64,000 bases of DNA from Dehalococcoidales bacterium. Its GTDB lineage: Bacteria > Chloroflexota > Dehalococcoidia > Dehalococcoidales > UBA5760. The notes under the pieces are model-generated. The model was not told where the DNA came from and searched no databases. It was given only the letters and a program-made list of their open reading frames with translations. Where the stretch lies: NCBI GenBank assembly GCA_034414575.1, contig DAOULZ010000001.1:4458-68457 (forward strand). Reading direction: 5' to 3'. The position numbers and the translations under genes are program-made. Shown one piece after another: positions 16,394 through 27,079 of the stretch (position 1 is its first letter; every line of letters starts with the position of its first letter).

Positions 16394-17419
16394 ATGTTAA
16401 CTGCCAGAAGAGAAATGATACTCAGGTCAATAGTGGGGCAATATATTTTGAAGGCGACACCGGTAGCCTCACAGAGTATTGTTAGTGACCATGAGTTGGG
16501 GGTATGTCCTGCCACCATCCGCAGTGAGATGGCACAGCTGGAGGAGGCAGGCTACATTACCCGTCAGCACTCTTCAGCCGGCAGCATACCCTCAGACAAG
16601 GGCTACCGCTACTATGTAGAGTCACTGGGTGAAATAGAACTCCCCCTTGTCGAGCAAATCCTGGTAAGCCACCTCTTCCATCAGGTGGAAAGAGAGCTGG
16701 AAGAATGGCTAAGGCTAGCCGCCAAACTTATCGCTCAACTAGTGCACAATATGGCGGTAGTGACCACCCCAAGGATGTCGAATTGCCAGTTCAAGTATCT
16801 GGAGCTAGTTAGCCTACAGGACTACTTGGCATTAGGTATCTTCGTGTTGCGGGGGGCCAAGATAAGACAACGATTAATGACCTTCGATCAGGCTATGCCT
16901 CAAACCAAGCTAATGGCTATGGCCAACAAGCTAAATACCGTTTATTCCGGTCTAGCTAGGTCGGAAATGCTAGCCAAGGAAATAGAACTCTCCCCGGTTG
17001 AGCAACAGATAACTGATTACTTGTTAAAGATCATGCAGGCAGAGGACGAGCAGGAATACGAGGAGCCCTATCTGGATGGCCTGCACTTTATGCTCAGCCA
17101 GCCGGAATTTGCCAAGGGGCAGCAGATGAAGTCCTTAATGGAGCTGATTGACCACCGCAGTCTAATCAAGATTATCGCCCCCGAAGGGATTAACAGCCAG
17201 GAGATACAGGTGGTCATCGGGAGGGAGAATAGGGCGGAGGCTATCCAGGATTACAGTGTCATCCTCGGCCGCTACGGTCTAGCCGACGAAGTGACCGGCA
17301 CCATCGGCGTCATCGGACCGACCCGAATGCCTTATGCCCGAGCCATCGCCACCGTAAGCTATCTTTCGTCACTACTGAGCAAACTGACCACCGAGCTATA
17401 CGGCAAAGAACCGGCCTGA
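16394..17419 (+). CDS. hrcA: Heat-inducible transcription repressor HrcA
   Basis: MLTARREMIL, ATIRSEM, SAGSIPSDKGYRYYV, GVIGPTRMPY. Start moved to ATG 16394, downstream of CIRCE. Confidence 0.97.
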   Translation: MLTARREMILRSIVGQYILKATPVASQSIVSDHELGVCPATIRSEMAQLEEAGYITRQHSSAGSIPSDKGYRYYVESLGEIELPLVEQILVSHLFHQVERELEEWLRLAAKLIAQLVHNMAVVTTPRMSNCQFKYLELVSLQDYLALGIFVLRGAKIRQRLMTFDQAMPQTKLMAMANKLNTVYSGLARSEMLAKEIELSPVEQQITDYLLKIMQAEDEQEYEEPYLDGLHFMLSQPEFAKGQQMKSLMELIDHRSLIKIIAPEGINSQEIQVVIGRENRAEAIQDYSVILGRYGLADEVTGTIGVIGPTRMPYARAIATVSYLSSLLSKLTTELYGKEPA

Positions 17420-17455
17420 AACAAACGATTCAAAAAGGAAATTTAAGGCTTAATC

Positions 17456-18007
17456 ATGATAAATGAACAGGAACCAGAGAGGGAGTCCGCTAAAACCGGC
17501 TCCGAGATAACCGAAATCGAGGAGGTAGAGTTACTAAAGCAGGCCCTGGCTGAAGAGAAGGAAAAGGCAGAAGCCAATCTGGCCGGCTGGCAACGGGCCC
17601 AGGCAGACTTCATCAACTATAAAAAGCGCAGCGAGCGGGAGAAGGCAGACCTCGGTAAGTACGCTAATAGCGAACTTATACTTAAGCTCTTGCCCGCCCT
17701 GGATGATTTGGAACGAGCCCTGGCGGCTATCCCGCCTCGCCAGGCTAAACTTAGCTGGGTCGAGGGCGTCAGACTTATCGAGCGTAAGCTAAAGGCGACT
17801 CTGGAAGCAGAGGGAATATCCCAGATAGAAGCTCTAGGAGAACCATTTGACCCATATTTCCACGAAGCCGTGATGCAGAGTAAAGGTAGGGAAGGAAGGG
17901 TCGTTGAGGAAATTCAGAAAGGCTACAAACTACACGATCGGGTTATTCGCCCAAGCAAGGTGGTCGTGGGCAGTGGGGAGGAAGATGAAGAAGGAGGAGA
18001 GGAATAA
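17456..18007 (+). CDS. grpE: Nucleotide exchange factor GrpE
   Basis: QRAQADFINYKKR, LLPALDDLERA, GEPFDPYFHEA, KGYKLHDRVIRPSKVVV. Confidence 0.97.
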   Translation: MINEQEPERESAKTGSEITEIEEVELLKQALAEEKEKAEANLAGWQRAQADFINYKKRSEREKADLGKYANSELILKLLPALDDLERALAAIPPRQAKLSWVEGVRLIERKLKATLEAEGISQIEALGEPFDPYFHEAVMQSKGREGRVVEEIQKGYKLHDRVIRPSKVVVGSGEEDEEGGEE

Positions 18008-18010
18008 ACT

Positions 18011-19918
18011 ATGGCAAAGGTAATTGGTATCGATTTGGGCACCACTTTCTCCTGTGTGGCCGTAATGGAGGCCGGGGAACCAAAGGTCATCCCCAATGCC
18101 GAAGGTGGGCGCACCACGCCGTCGGTGGTGGCCGTAAATAAGTCCGGGGAACGCCTGACCGGGCAGGTGGCCAAGCGCCAGGCAATTACCAACCCGGATA
18201 ATACCATCTTCAGCATCAAACGGCTGATGGGGCGCAAGTTTGATGAACCCACCGTCGAGTACGACAAGAAACTACTCCCATTCAAGATAGTTAAAGCAGA
18301 TAACGGTGACGCCTGGGTAAAGATGGGTGACAAGGAATACAGCCCACCGGAAATCTCGGCAATGATTCTGCAGAAACTGAAAACGGATGCTGAAGCCTAT
18401 CTCGGCGAGAAGGTTAACGAGGCAGTAATCACGGTACCGGCCTACTTCAATGACAGCCAGCGCCAGGCAACCAAGGACGCCGGTAAGATAGCCGGACTGG
18501 AAGTCTTGAGAATCATCAACGAGCCAACGGCCGCTTCCCTCGCATATGGCCTTGATAAGAAGGCAGATGAAACCATTGCCGTCTACGACCTTGGCGGCGG
18601 CACCTTTGATATATCCATCCTGGAACTGGGTGAAGGCACCTTTCAGGTCAAATCAACCAACGGTGATACCCACCTCGGTGGCGATGACTTCGACCAGAAG
18701 ATCATGGACTGGCTATGCGACGAGTTCAAGCGGGAGCAGGGCATCGACCTGAGGCAGGATAAAATGGCCCTGCAGCGACTAAAGGAAGCCGGCGAAAAGG
18801 CCAAGTGCGAGCTATCCACCGTCCAGCAGACTGAGGTAAACCTGCCCTTTATCACCGCTGATGCCAGCGGCCCCAAGCACCTCAGTATCACCCTCACCCG
18901 GGCCAAACTAGAGCAGCTGGTAATGGAGCTGGTGGAGAAAACCATCGAGCCCTGTAAACAGGCGCTAACCGACGCCGGCAAGACCGCCGCCCAGATTGAC
19001 GAGGTGGTTCTGGTAGGCGGGCAGACCCGTATGCCCCTGGTTCAGGAGAAGATAAAACAGTTCTTCGGCAAGGAAGCTCACAAGGGGGTTAATCCCGATG
19101 AGGTAGTCGCCGTCGGGGCCGCGATACAGGCAGGAGTACTTAAGGGCGAGGTCAAGGATGTGCTGCTGCTTGACGTGACGCCGCTCACCCTAGGCATCGA
19201 AACCCTGGGTAGGGTGGCGACACCGCTTATTCCGCGCAATACTACCATCCCTACCTCCAAGAGCCAGATCTTCTCGACGGCGGCGGATAATCAACCCAGC
19301 GTTGAGATTCACGTGCTCCAGGGGGAGCGACCTATGGCAGCAGACAATAGGACCCTGGGACGTTTTATGCTTGACGGTATTCTACCGGCACCCAGAGGTG
19401 TGCCCCAGATTGAAGTCACCTTTGATATTGACGCCAACGGCATTCTCAGCGTCAAGGCCCACGATAAGGGCACCGGTCGGGAGCAGAAAATCACCATCAC
19501 CGCTTCCAGCGGGCTCTCCAAGGATGAGGTGGAGCGGATGCAGCACGAAGCCGAGGCACATGCCGCTGAGGATACCAAGCGACGCGAAGAGGTTGAGGTA
19601 CGCAACGCCGCGGATACCCTAGCCTATACTGCGGAAAAGACACTGCGGGACCAGAAGGATAAGATACCCGCCGACCTGAATAAGGAGACGGAAGATAAGG
19701 TAGCCGCTGTGCGTTCGGCACTGCAGGGTAGCGATATTGAGGCTATCCGCCAAGCAACACAGGAACTAAACAGCACCATGCAAAAAATCGGGGCAGCAGT
19801 TTACCAACAGCAGCCACCCCCACCGGGTGCTGAGCCACCTCCACCGGGAGAAGAAACTCCACCCGGTAAAGAGGGCGGCGAGGAAGGCACCGTAGAAGGC
19901 GAGTTTAGAGAGGTTTAA
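18011..19918 (+). CDS. dnaK: Chaperone DnaK
   Basis: [31 protein letters not shown]; Pro-rich C-tail ending EGEFREV. Confidence 0.99.
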   Translation: MAKVIGIDLGTTFSCVAVMEAGEPKVIPNAEGGRTTPSVVAVNKSGERLTGQVAKRQAITNPDNTIFSIKRLMGRKFDEPTVEYDKKLLPFKIVKADNGDAWVKMGDKEYSPPEISAMILQKLKTDAEAYLGEKVNEAVITVPAYFNDSQRQATKDAGKIAGLEVLRIINEPTAASLAYGLDKKADETIAVYDLGGGTFDISILELGEGTFQVKSTNGDTHLGGDDFDQKIMDWLCDEFKREQGIDLRQDKMALQRLKEAGEKAKCELSTVQQTEVNLPFITADASGPKHLSITLTRAKLEQLVMELVEKTIEPCKQALTDAGKTAAQIDEVVLVGGQTRMPLVQEKIKQFFGKEAHKGVNPDEVVAVGAAIQAGVLKGEVKDVLLLDVTPLTLGIETLGRVATPLIPRNTTIPTSKSQIFSTAADNQPSVEIHVLQGERPMAADNRTLGRFMLDGILPAPRGVPQIEVTFDIDANGILSVKAHDKGTGREQKITITASSGLSKDEVERMQHEAEAHAAEDTKRREEVEVRNAADTLAYTAEKTLRDQKDKIPADLNKETEDKVAAVRSALQGSDIEAIRQATQELNSTMQKIGAAVYQQQPPPPGAEPPPPGEETPPGKEGGEEGTVEGEFREV

Positions 19919-19920
19919 TA

Positions 19921-19954
19921 AGGACTGCGGAAGAGGTAAACTCTGCGGAGTCCT
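19921..19954 (+). other. Intergenic hairpin immediately after dnaK (mRNA stabiliser or partial terminator)
   Basis: AGGACT..AGAG-GTAAA-CTCT..AGTCCT imperfect inverted repeat with no U-tract. Confidence 0.45.
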
Positions 19955-19983
19955 AATAAGGGCATGGTAAGATTTGCCAAAAT

Positions 19984-20066
19984 GGGGAGTTAAAGAGGGG
20001 CTCCGCCCCTCTTATACCTAATCCCTCTCTCCTCCAAAGGGCAGGGGGACACCAAGGGTGAGGTAG
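19984..20066. repeat. REP-like double-hairpin intergenic repeat between dnaK and dnaJ
   Basis: GGGGAGTTAAAGAGGGG-CTCCG-CCCCTCTT (8-bp perfect stem), then CCCTCTCTCCTCCAAAGGGCAGGGGG and GGGTGAGGT. A second degenerate copy lies at 11865-11918. Confidence 0.7.
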
Positions 20067-20073
20067 AACATAA

Positions 20074-21153
20074 ATGCCAGTCAAGCGGGATTACTATGAA
20101 GTCCTCGGCATCCCCAGAAATGCTACCGATGAGGAAATAAAGCGAGCCTTCCGTAAGCTCGCCTTCAAGTATCACCCAGATCATAACCGCAACGGTGATG
20201 CCGAGGCGAAATTCAAAGAGGTGAACGAGGCCTACCAGGTACTCGCTGACCCGGACAAGCGCGCCGCCTATGACCGTTTTGGCCACGGTGGCACTGAGGG
20301 GTTCTTCGGGCGCGGCTTCGAGGGCTTCGACTTCGGCGGTTTCGGCGATATCTTTGATGCCTTCTTCGGCGGTGCCACCAGTACTGCTCGCCGGGGGCCG
20401 CAACGTGGTACTGACCTGACCTATAACACCTATATCACCCTTGAAGAAGCTGCCTTTGGCTGCGAAAAGGAAATAAGTATTCTGCGCACTGAGAACTGCC
20501 CCCTGTGCCAGGGCACTGGCTCCAGGCCCGGCAGTCAACCCACCAAGTGCCCTAACTGCAACGGTTCCGGGCAAGTAAGACGGGTCCAGCAGAGTATCTT
20601 CGGCCGTTTCACTAACATCAATACCTGCCCTCAGTGCCGCGGTGAAGGCAGAATTATAACTGAACCCTGCAAGCAGTGCCGGGGCACAGGCAAGGCAAAG
20701 CGTGAGCGCCGTATCTCAGTCAAAATCCCGCCTGGAGTTGATAACGGCAACCAAGTGCGACTAAGTAGGGAAGGTGAGGCTGGCGATAGAGGCGGTCCTC
20801 CCGGTGACCTCTACATTTCCTTAACCGTAAAGCCACATGAGCTTTTCACTCGGGATGGCGATAATATCATCTACAATCAACCAATCAACTTTGCTCAGGC
20901 AGCTCTCGGCACTGAAATCGAGGTGCCCACCCTAGACGGTAACACCAAGCTCAAGCTAAAGGCGGGCAGTCAAAGCGGCGAAGTCTTAAAACTCAAGAAC
21001 AAGGGTGTCTCGCATCTCCGCAGTCGGGGACGGGGTGACCAGTTCATCAAGCTACGCGTGATTACCCCTGAGTCACTAACTAAAGAACAGCGCCGACTAT
21101 TTGAGGAACTGGCGGAAACCCTGAACCTAACCGGAGACACTCACGAAACATAG
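20074..21153 (+). CDS. dnaJ: Chaperone DnaJ
   Basis: J-domain with HPD, G/F-rich region and four CxxCxGxG zinc-finger repeats. Confidence 0.98.
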   Translation: MPVKRDYYEVLGIPRNATDEEIKRAFRKLAFKYHPDHNRNGDAEAKFKEVNEAYQVLADPDKRAAYDRFGHGGTEGFFGRGFEGFDFGGFGDIFDAFFGGATSTARRGPQRGTDLTYNTYITLEEAAFGCEKEISILRTENCPLCQGTGSRPGSQPTKCPNCNGSGQVRRVQQSIFGRFTNINTCPQCRGEGRIITEPCKQCRGTGKAKRERRISVKIPPGVDNGNQVRLSREGEAGDRGGPPGDLYISLTVKPHELFTRDGDNIIYNQPINFAQAALGTEIEVPTLDGNTKLKLKAGSQSGEVLKLKNKGVSHLRSRGRGDQFIKLRVITPESLTKEQRRLFEELAETLNLTGDTHET

Positions 21154-21225
21154 CCAGAATATAGGTTAGTAATAAATAAAGGCTCGATTCACTCAACTGA
21201 TAGACAACCGGCAGTAGAATAGACC

Positions 21226-22275
21226 TCAGTCATGCTTCCGATTTTGGGAAAAGTCAGAGAAAGCCCAATTTTGCCCCGCCAGCTCATGGCTGGCCTCAGT
21301 CGATGTGATCTCAGCCACTACCTGGTGCGGATCAGCACCTTTGAACAGAACCTGGTAAATCTTTTCCGTCACCGGCATCCCCAGCCTGTACTGCCGGGCT
21401 AGGCTTCTGGCCGCGACCGTAGTATTAATCCCCTCAGCTATGCCAGTCATTGAGGCTGTTATCTCCTCTAGCGGGCGCCCCTTGGCTAACTCTACCCCAA
21501 GGTAGTGATTACGACTCAGCGGGCTAGCACAGGTAGCTATGGTATCCCCCAAGCCGGCCAGACCGGTAAAGGTGAGTGGATTTGCCCCCAGAGCCACCCC
21601 CAGAGCCGCTATCTCAATTAAGCCGCGGGTAATAAAGGCTGCCTTGGTATTATCACCAAAACCAAGCCCGTCTACCATACCAGCACCCAGAGCAATGATA
21701 TTCTTGAGCGCCCCCCCCAGCTCTACTCCAATGACATCGGTATTGGTGTAAACACAGAATCTGTCTGTGGAGAGTAGCCGCTGGGCTTCCTTGGCTACAG
21801 CTTCGCTGGCCGCCGCCACTACGGTGGCAGAGGGTAGATCAAGAACGATCTCTCGGGAGAGATTAGGCCCAGAAAGGACACAGATATTAGCCTCTAGTTC
21901 GGGGGCTATCTCCTCAGCGATTACCTGGCTCATTCGCTTATTGCTACCTAACTCCAAACCTTTAGCAGCACTGATCACCAGCACTGACCTATTGAGGTAA
22001 TCTCTAGCCAGTCTAATGTTATGCCGCATCGTCTGAGAGGGTATTGCCAGAATCACCGCCTGCGCCGAAGCCAGGGCTTCGTTTAGGGAACTGGTAATAA
22101 ATAGTTGAGAGGGTAAGGCAACCGGAACCCGACCGCCGTTAGACTTGCCTTCTCTTAGCTTAACAGCCTCTGCCTCAGTCCGAGCCCACAATGCAATCCT
22201 TCGTCCCTTATTGGCTAGTACCACCCCTAAAGTCTTTCCCCAACTGGTGGTACCAATAATGGCTATCTTGGACAT
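21226..22275 (-). CDS. gpsA: NAD(P)H-dependent glycerol-3-phosphate dehydrogenase
   Basis: AKGLE, LSGPNLSRE, GVELGGALKNIIA, GLAGLGDTIATC..PLSRN, EG..T. Confidence 0.96.
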   Translation of the reverse strand: MSKIAIIGTTSWGKTLGVVLANKGRRIALWARTEAEAVKLREGKSNGGRVPVALPSQLFITSSLNEALASAQAVILAIPSQTMRHNIRLARDYLNRSVLVISAAKGLELGSNKRMSQVIAEEIAPELEANICVLSGPNLSREIVLDLPSATVVAAASEAVAKEAQRLLSTDRFCVYTNTDVIGVELGGALKNIIALGAGMVDGLGFGDNTKAAFITRGLIEIAALGVALGANPLTFTGLAGLGDTIATCASPLSRNHYLGVELAKGRPLEEITASMTGIAEGINTTVAARSLARQYRLGMPVTEKIYQVLFKGADPHQVVAEITSTEASHELAGQNWAFSDFSQNRKHD

Positions 22276-22346
22276 ATAGCTACACCACTCTCATCGCTTT
22301 CGAACATCAAAATCAGAAACGAGCCTGTGAGGTATATGGCAAGGGG

Positions 22347-23006
22347 TTAACTTCTTAACCTAGCCCTCTGACCCAACTTACGCTCCCTACCAGCCAGTAA
22401 ACGACTGATATTATCCCGATGCATAATAATTATCACTACGGAGCCGATTAAAGCGTAAATCAGATATTCAATCGGAAACCGATTGAATATGGTGAGGGGG
22501 ATTAACACGGCGTAAGTGCCTACCGCAGCGGAAATGGAAGCCAGAGAAACAAACTTGGTGAGTCCGGCTCCGATGATAAAAATTTCGCCGCCAAACAGGG
22601 CCGCCGGGGGAAACAGGGCCGCCATGCCACCAAAAAAGGTGGCTACCCCCCTACCGCCAGCACGAAACCTAAGAAATACCGACCGATTATGTCCGGCCAT
22701 AGCTGAAAGAGCCGCTATGACCTGGGCTACCAGCACCCCCCAGTGAAAACCACCCACCACCAGATAATCCTTACCAACAATTAACCCAGCAATCACCACC
22801 GCGGCGACTCCCTTCAAAAGATCCAGAACAAAGACAAGCACCGCCGCTTTACTGCCCGCCGTCCTAAGGACATTGGTCGTCCCCACCTTGCCACTACCAT
22901 ACTGCCTGACATCCACCCCAGCCATCCGCCGGCCTACTATTATTCCAAAGGGAATCGAGCCCAAAAGGTAACCAATCAAGCCAACCAGAATAAACTGGGC
23001 AACCAT
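22347..23006 (-). CDS. plsY: Glycerol-3-phosphate acyltransferase PlsY
   Basis: GYLLGSIPFG, GSGKVGTTNVLR, DLLKG, GH...F..GGRGVAT, HRDNISRL. Confidence 0.95.
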   Translation of the reverse strand: MVAQFILVGLIGYLLGSIPFGIIVGRRMAGVDVRQYGSGKVGTTNVLRTAGSKAAVLVFVLDLLKGVAAVVIAGLIVGKDYLVVGGFHWGVLVAQVIAALSAMAGHNRSVFLRFRAGGRGVATFFGGMAALFPPAALFGGEIFIIGAGLTKFVSLASISAAVGTYAVLIPLTIFNRFPIEYLIYALIGSVVIIIMHRDNISRLLAGRERKLGQRARLRS

Positions 23007-24346
23007 TATGGCTCCCTCCTCGTTTTGAAGACCAAGCGAATTGGCGTGCCCTCAAAGCCAAATGACTGGCGGAGCCTATTTTCAAGGTAGCGCTGGTATG
23101 AGAAATGCACTAGCTGGGGGTAATTAACAAAGAAGACAAAGGTCGGTGGGTTTACTTCAGCCTGAGTGGCGTAGAGAATCTTTAGCTGGCGGCTACCCTT
23201 TCGCGGCAGACCATGAGCCGCCACTGCCTCCTGGATGACACTATTAACAACCGCGGTAGATAGGCGCTTAAGCCTCTCCTGATATATCCGACGTACCTGA
23301 GGCATTATCTTATCTACCTCCCACCCTAGCTTCGCTGAAACAAATATCACCGGTGCATAAGAGACAAACCTGAACTGGCTCCTGAGGTACCGGTCATACT
23401 CAACTTTGTTCCCAGTCTCGACCAGGTCCCACTTATTAACTATAATCATAACACCCTTTGCCGCCTGCTGGATATAACCTGCAATATGCATATCCTGAGC
23501 GGCGACTAACTGCCCCGCATCCAGAACCAAGAGCGCGATATCAGCCCGCTCAATGGCTCTAAGCGCTCGGATGACGCTGTACTGCCCTACCCCACCACCG
23601 ATCCGTCCCCGCCGCTTAATGCCAGCAGTATCAATAAGTAGCACACTTTCCCCCTCAAAGTCAACTGGGGTATCTATGGCATCACGAGTCGTCCCCGGCG
23701 CCTCATCAACAATCACCCGCTCACCACCCAGGAGAGTATTTAGCAGGGTTGACTTACCCACATTCGGCCTGCCGACAATAGCCACCCCAATCGCCTCTGG
23801 CTCAGCACTGGCCGCCGATGGTGACGGTAGTAAAGGGGTAACCCTGTCTAATAGCTCAGGGATACCCCGCCCATGATAGGCACTAACCGCCAGTGGCTCA
23901 CCCAGACCCATCTGGTAAAACTCTACCGCTCCGGTCTCATATTTAGCGTTATCTGCCTTATTAGCCACCAGCACTAAAGGCTTACCCAGTTCCCGAAGCC
24001 GATCGGCTATTTCCAGGTCGGCAGGCGTCACCCCATCCCTGATATCAACCAGGAAAACAATGAGGTCCGCTTCCATAATAGCTGCCATGACCTGCTCATT
24101 AACCCCCTGAGATATAGCGGAGTCGGGTCTCAGTTCCAGCCCGCCGGTATCAACGATGGTAAACTCTCTCCCCAGTGCGGTAACATCAGCCATGATACGG
24201 TCGCGGGTTGTCCCCGGCAGATCATCAACAATGGCAACCCGCCTACCCGCCATGCGATTAAGGAGGGTAGACTTGCCCACATTCTGCCGGCCAACGATAG
24301 CTACCATCGGCTTACTCGCACCCATAGTTAAAACCCTCTGACTCAC
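23006..24346 (-). CDS. der: Ribosome biogenesis GTPase Der (EngA)
   Basis: Two GTPase domains (GRQNVGKS and GRPNVGKS, DTGG/DTAG, NKAD/NKWD) and C-terminal FGFEGTPIRL. ATG 24325 is a plausible real start. Confidence 0.97.
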   Translation of the reverse strand: MSQRVLTMGASKPMVAIVGRQNVGKSTLLNRMAGRRVAIVDDLPGTTRDRIMADVTALGREFTIVDTGGLELRPDSAISQGVNEQVMAAIMEADLIVFLVDIRDGVTPADLEIADRLRELGKPLVLVANKADNAKYETGAVEFYQMGLGEPLAVSAYHGRGIPELLDRVTPLLPSPSAASAEPEAIGVAIVGRPNVGKSTLLNTLLGGERVIVDEAPGTTRDAIDTPVDFEGESVLLIDTAGIKRRGRIGGGVGQYSVIRALRAIERADIALLVLDAGQLVAAQDMHIAGYIQQAAKGVMIIVNKWDLVETGNKVEYDRYLRSQFRFVSYAPVIFVSAKLGWEVDKIMPQVRRIYQERLKRLSTAVVNSVIQEAVAAHGLPRKGSRQLKILYATQAEVNPPTFVFFVNYPQLVHFSYQRYLENRLRQSFGFEGTPIRLVFKTRREP

Positions 24347-24501
24347 GTAAGAGTGGAGAGACCTTGTCTCTGAAATACCAGTTCCCCCAGAGATTATAAA
24401 TTACTAAAATGTTTAAGAAATAACAGGGTTTTTACTGACTATTCTCCTTTTTTTCTCTGAGGTGAAAGGCAACTCAAGGAGGCAGGCTAAATAGACAACC
24501 C

Positions 24502-25179
24502 CTACTTTGCCGGCGACAGCTCCTGGGCAAACCTGACACTGGGGGGTTCAATCTCAGTCCGGGTAATCTTTTTCAGCTCACTGATGCTGTCTCGAAACTC
24601 CTGGGCAAAGGCATTATATTCCATCACCATTCGGTTATACTGGTCTTTCGTCTCCTTGGGAATCTCCACCGTCCCGGCTACCTCATAAAACTGCTCGATA
24701 AATTCGTAATAGTGATTATTCACCAGCCACAGCTCATTGAGATAGGTATAGAGGTAAACCTCGGGGCGTACGCTCCTGACGTCACTCTCTATCCGATTGA
24801 TGAAGCTATCACACCAGGTATTAAACAAGCGCTTAGCCATATCGCACGCCCGCGCCCAGTCCCACAGCTTGGGGTTATCCACCGTAAAGAGACTGTCTAT
24901 GATGGCAAAGATGGAGAGAGAGGAATCACCCATAAAACGGCGATTAAAATAGCCCGCCCTCTGTCTGAGCCTGGAGAGTGAGAGCTCAAGTCTCTGCCTT
25001 CGGGTGCTGATTATTGCCGCCGCCAGACCACTAACCAAAACAGCAACCAGAATTGGGGCCAGAGCCTGGATTGGCCATCCATACCCAGTGCCAACCAGCG
25101 CCAGCGCCGTGATGGCAACGGGCCACCAGATCCAGCTAGCCATGTTTCTTGATACGTTCATTGCTATCCCCCTTGTCAA
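24502..25179 (-). CDS. Hypothetical protein with two N-terminal TM helices
   Basis: 225-aa ORF whose start overlaps the argF stop (ATGA); hydrophobic N-terminus, helical soluble C-terminus. Confidence 0.7.
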   Translation of the reverse strand: MTRGIAMNVSRNMASWIWWPVAITALALVGTGYGWPIQALAPILVAVLVSGLAAAIISTRRQRLELSLSRLRQRAGYFNRRFMGDSSLSIFAIIDSLFTVDNPKLWDWARACDMAKRLFNTWCDSFINRIESDVRSVRPEVYLYTYLNELWLVNNHYYEFIEQFYEVAGTVEIPKETKDQYNRMVMEYNAFAQEFRDSISELKKITRTEIEPPSVRFAQELSPAK

Positions 25180-26114
25180 TATCCGGGCAGCGGTATCTCC
25201 AGACCTCCCAGCATCATCGCCAATAGTGCCTTCTGCATGTGCAGCCTATTCTCAGCCTGGTCGAAAACCACCGACCTCGGGCTATCCAGAACAGTCTCGG
25301 ACACCTCCTCACCCCGATGTGCCGGCAAGGGATGCATCAGTATGGCATCCTCCTTAGCTAAAGACAGGAGTTCATCATTCACCTGATAACGCTTGAATAC
25401 CCGGCGCCTCTCTTCCGCCTCGGCCTCTTGCCCCATGCTTGTCCAGACATCAGTATACACGACGTCGGCACCACTGACCGCCTCCAGCGGCTCCTCGGTA
25501 GTCAGTATTTCCGAGCCGTTAGCCAGAGCATAGTCCTGAGCCAGGCTCAGCACCCTGTCCTGAACCCGGTAGCGGGACGGCGAGGCAATCCGGAAATTCA
25601 TTTCGGTAAGCGTAGCGGCTAACATAAGGCTGTGAGCCACATTGTTACCGTCACCAATAAAGGCCAGGGTCAGGCCCGCCAGGTCATTCTTCTTCTCGTA
25701 AATGGTAAGCAGGTCAGCCAGGGCTTGGCAGGGGTGTTCCAAATCAGAGAGAGCATTTATCACGGGCACGGTAGCCTGGCGTGCCAGAACCTCCAGAGTC
25801 TGGTGAGAAAAGGTGCGGGCGGTAATAACATTAACATAGCGGCTGAGTACCCGGGCCACATCCGGAACTGATTCGCGCTCCCCCAGCCCAACCTCAGCGG
25901 GAGAGAGATAAATGGTCTCCCCACCCAACTGCCGCATCGCCAGCTCAAAGCTAACCCTAGTCCGCAGCGAGGGCTTCTCAAACATAATGGCTAGAGTTTT
26001 GCCACTGAGCAAAGAGAGCCAGCCCTCATTCTTCATATCAACCGCGTCCTTAATAAGCAGGCGGATGTCCTCGATACCGAGGTCAGATACGGAAAGTAAA
26101 TCCTTACCTAGCAA
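25176..26114 (-). CDS. argF: Ornithine carbamoyltransferase
   Basis: FEKPSLRTR, HPCQALAD, GDGNNVAHS, YTDVWTSMGQE, QAENR. Confidence 0.93.
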   Translation of the reverse strand: MLGKDLLSVSDLGIEDIRLLIKDAVDMKNEGWLSLLSGKTLAIMFEKPSLRTRVSFELAMRQLGGETIYLSPAEVGLGERESVPDVARVLSRYVNVITARTFSHQTLEVLARQATVPVINALSDLEHPCQALADLLTIYEKKNDLAGLTLAFIGDGNNVAHSLMLAATLTEMNFRIASPSRYRVQDRVLSLAQDYALANGSEILTTEEPLEAVSGADVVYTDVWTSMGQEAEAEERRRVFKRYQVNDELLSLAKEDAILMHPLPAHRGEEVSETVLDSPRSVVFDQAENRLHMQKALLAMMLGGLEIPLPGY

Positions 26115-26246
26115 GCTACCCCCCCTCTATATGCCCATAGTATACCACGAAAACTAGCTGTTAAGTAGAGGGACAGGGCAGAAAAATACCCCCTGCTTTA
26201 CTGCCAAAAAGAAACCTGTTTTAATGAGTATGCTAGAGGCAATGCT

Positions 26247-26726
26247 ATGGATCAAATAATAATGCACCCCATTGGCATAATCCACTCACCCTACAAAGAA
26301 AGAAGGAACATGCCTATCCAAGGGACTTTTGACAACGGAGTAGAAGCTTGGCTTGAATTAAAGGACGAGTATACTAATGGATTAAAGGACCTAGATGCAT
26401 TTAGCCATGCCATAATCATATACTATTTCCACCAATCGCCCAGAGAAGAGATTGAAGGTAGACCCTTTCTGGAAAAGCGTAAACACGGTATTTTCGCCAT
26501 CAGGAGCCCCCACCGCCCCAACCACATCGGGTTTTCCATCATAAAAATTAAGAGCATAAAGGCAAATCGAGTCTACTTTACCGAAGTGGATGTACTGGAC
26601 GGGACCCCGCTCCTGGACATAAAACCGTATGTCAAATACTTTGACAATCGAGAGAATGTTATTTCAGGCTGGCTCGAGAAGCACTTTAATCACGGAAAAA
26701 GCCCAGATAAAACAATCATCCCGTGA
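26247..26726 (+). CDS. tsaA: tRNA (N6-threonylcarbamoyladenosine) methyltransferase TrmO/TsaA family
   Basis: PIGIIHSP, GLKDL..FSH, GIFAIRSPHRPN.IG, DVLDGTPLLDIKPY. Confidence 0.92.
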   Translation: MDQIIMHPIGIIHSPYKERRNMPIQGTFDNGVEAWLELKDEYTNGLKDLDAFSHAIIIYYFHQSPREEIEGRPFLEKRKHGIFAIRSPHRPNHIGFSIIKIKSIKANRVYFTEVDVLDGTPLLDIKPYVKYFDNRENVISGWLEKHFNHGKSPDKTIIP

Positions 26727-26768
26727 TGTCAAGCAGCTAAAAAGTACCGCGGTTATAGGAGGTTAACC

Positions 26769-27035
26769 ATGACCGAAGTCGAAAAGACCACCAGCGAAAA
26801 GTTTACCGTATCCGGAGACGACCTGGTCGAGAAAGTAAAGCAACTCATCCACGAAGGCAACATCAGAAGGGTGCGCCTGATTTACAAAGAGAAGACGGTA
26901 TTTGATATTCCGCTGACGATAGGGGCACCAGCGGCGGCCGCCATAATTATGGCCGCCCCGGTGCTGGCAGCGATCGGTGCCTTTGCGGCGCTGGTAACCG
27001 AATGCACACTTGAGGTAGAGAAGGTCGAGAAATGA
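26769..27035 (+). CDS. DUF4342 domain protein
   Basis: EKFTVSGDDLVEKVKQLIHEGNIRRV, APVLAAIGAFAALVTECTLEVE. Confidence 0.88.
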   Translation: MTEVEKTTSEKFTVSGDDLVEKVKQLIHEGNIRRVRLIYKEKTVFDIPLTIGAPAAAAIIMAAPVLAAIGAFAALVTECTLEVEKVEK

Positions 27036-27079
27036 TAGCTCTGTATAGCAGGGCAGGGTAGTCTCAAGGAAATAGACTA

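Noticed and set aside
19800-19918. Pro-rich low-complexity repeats at the dnaK 3' end
   Set aside because: Ordinary disordered DnaK C-terminal tail.
19990-20574. 194-aa ORF antisense to dnaJ, and the many other long antisense or alternate-frame ORFs over dnaK, gltX, ftsH, metG, uvrA and mfd
   Set aside because: Shadow ORFs of GC-rich coding genes; no SD or recognisable motifs.
24360-24490. Hairpins between the hypothetical gene and der, with a GGAGAG resembling a glycine riboswitch start
   Set aside because: Lacks the other glycine-aptamer motifs (GCCGAAG, CTCTCAGG) and is on the wrong strand for der; likely weak terminator or promoter structure.
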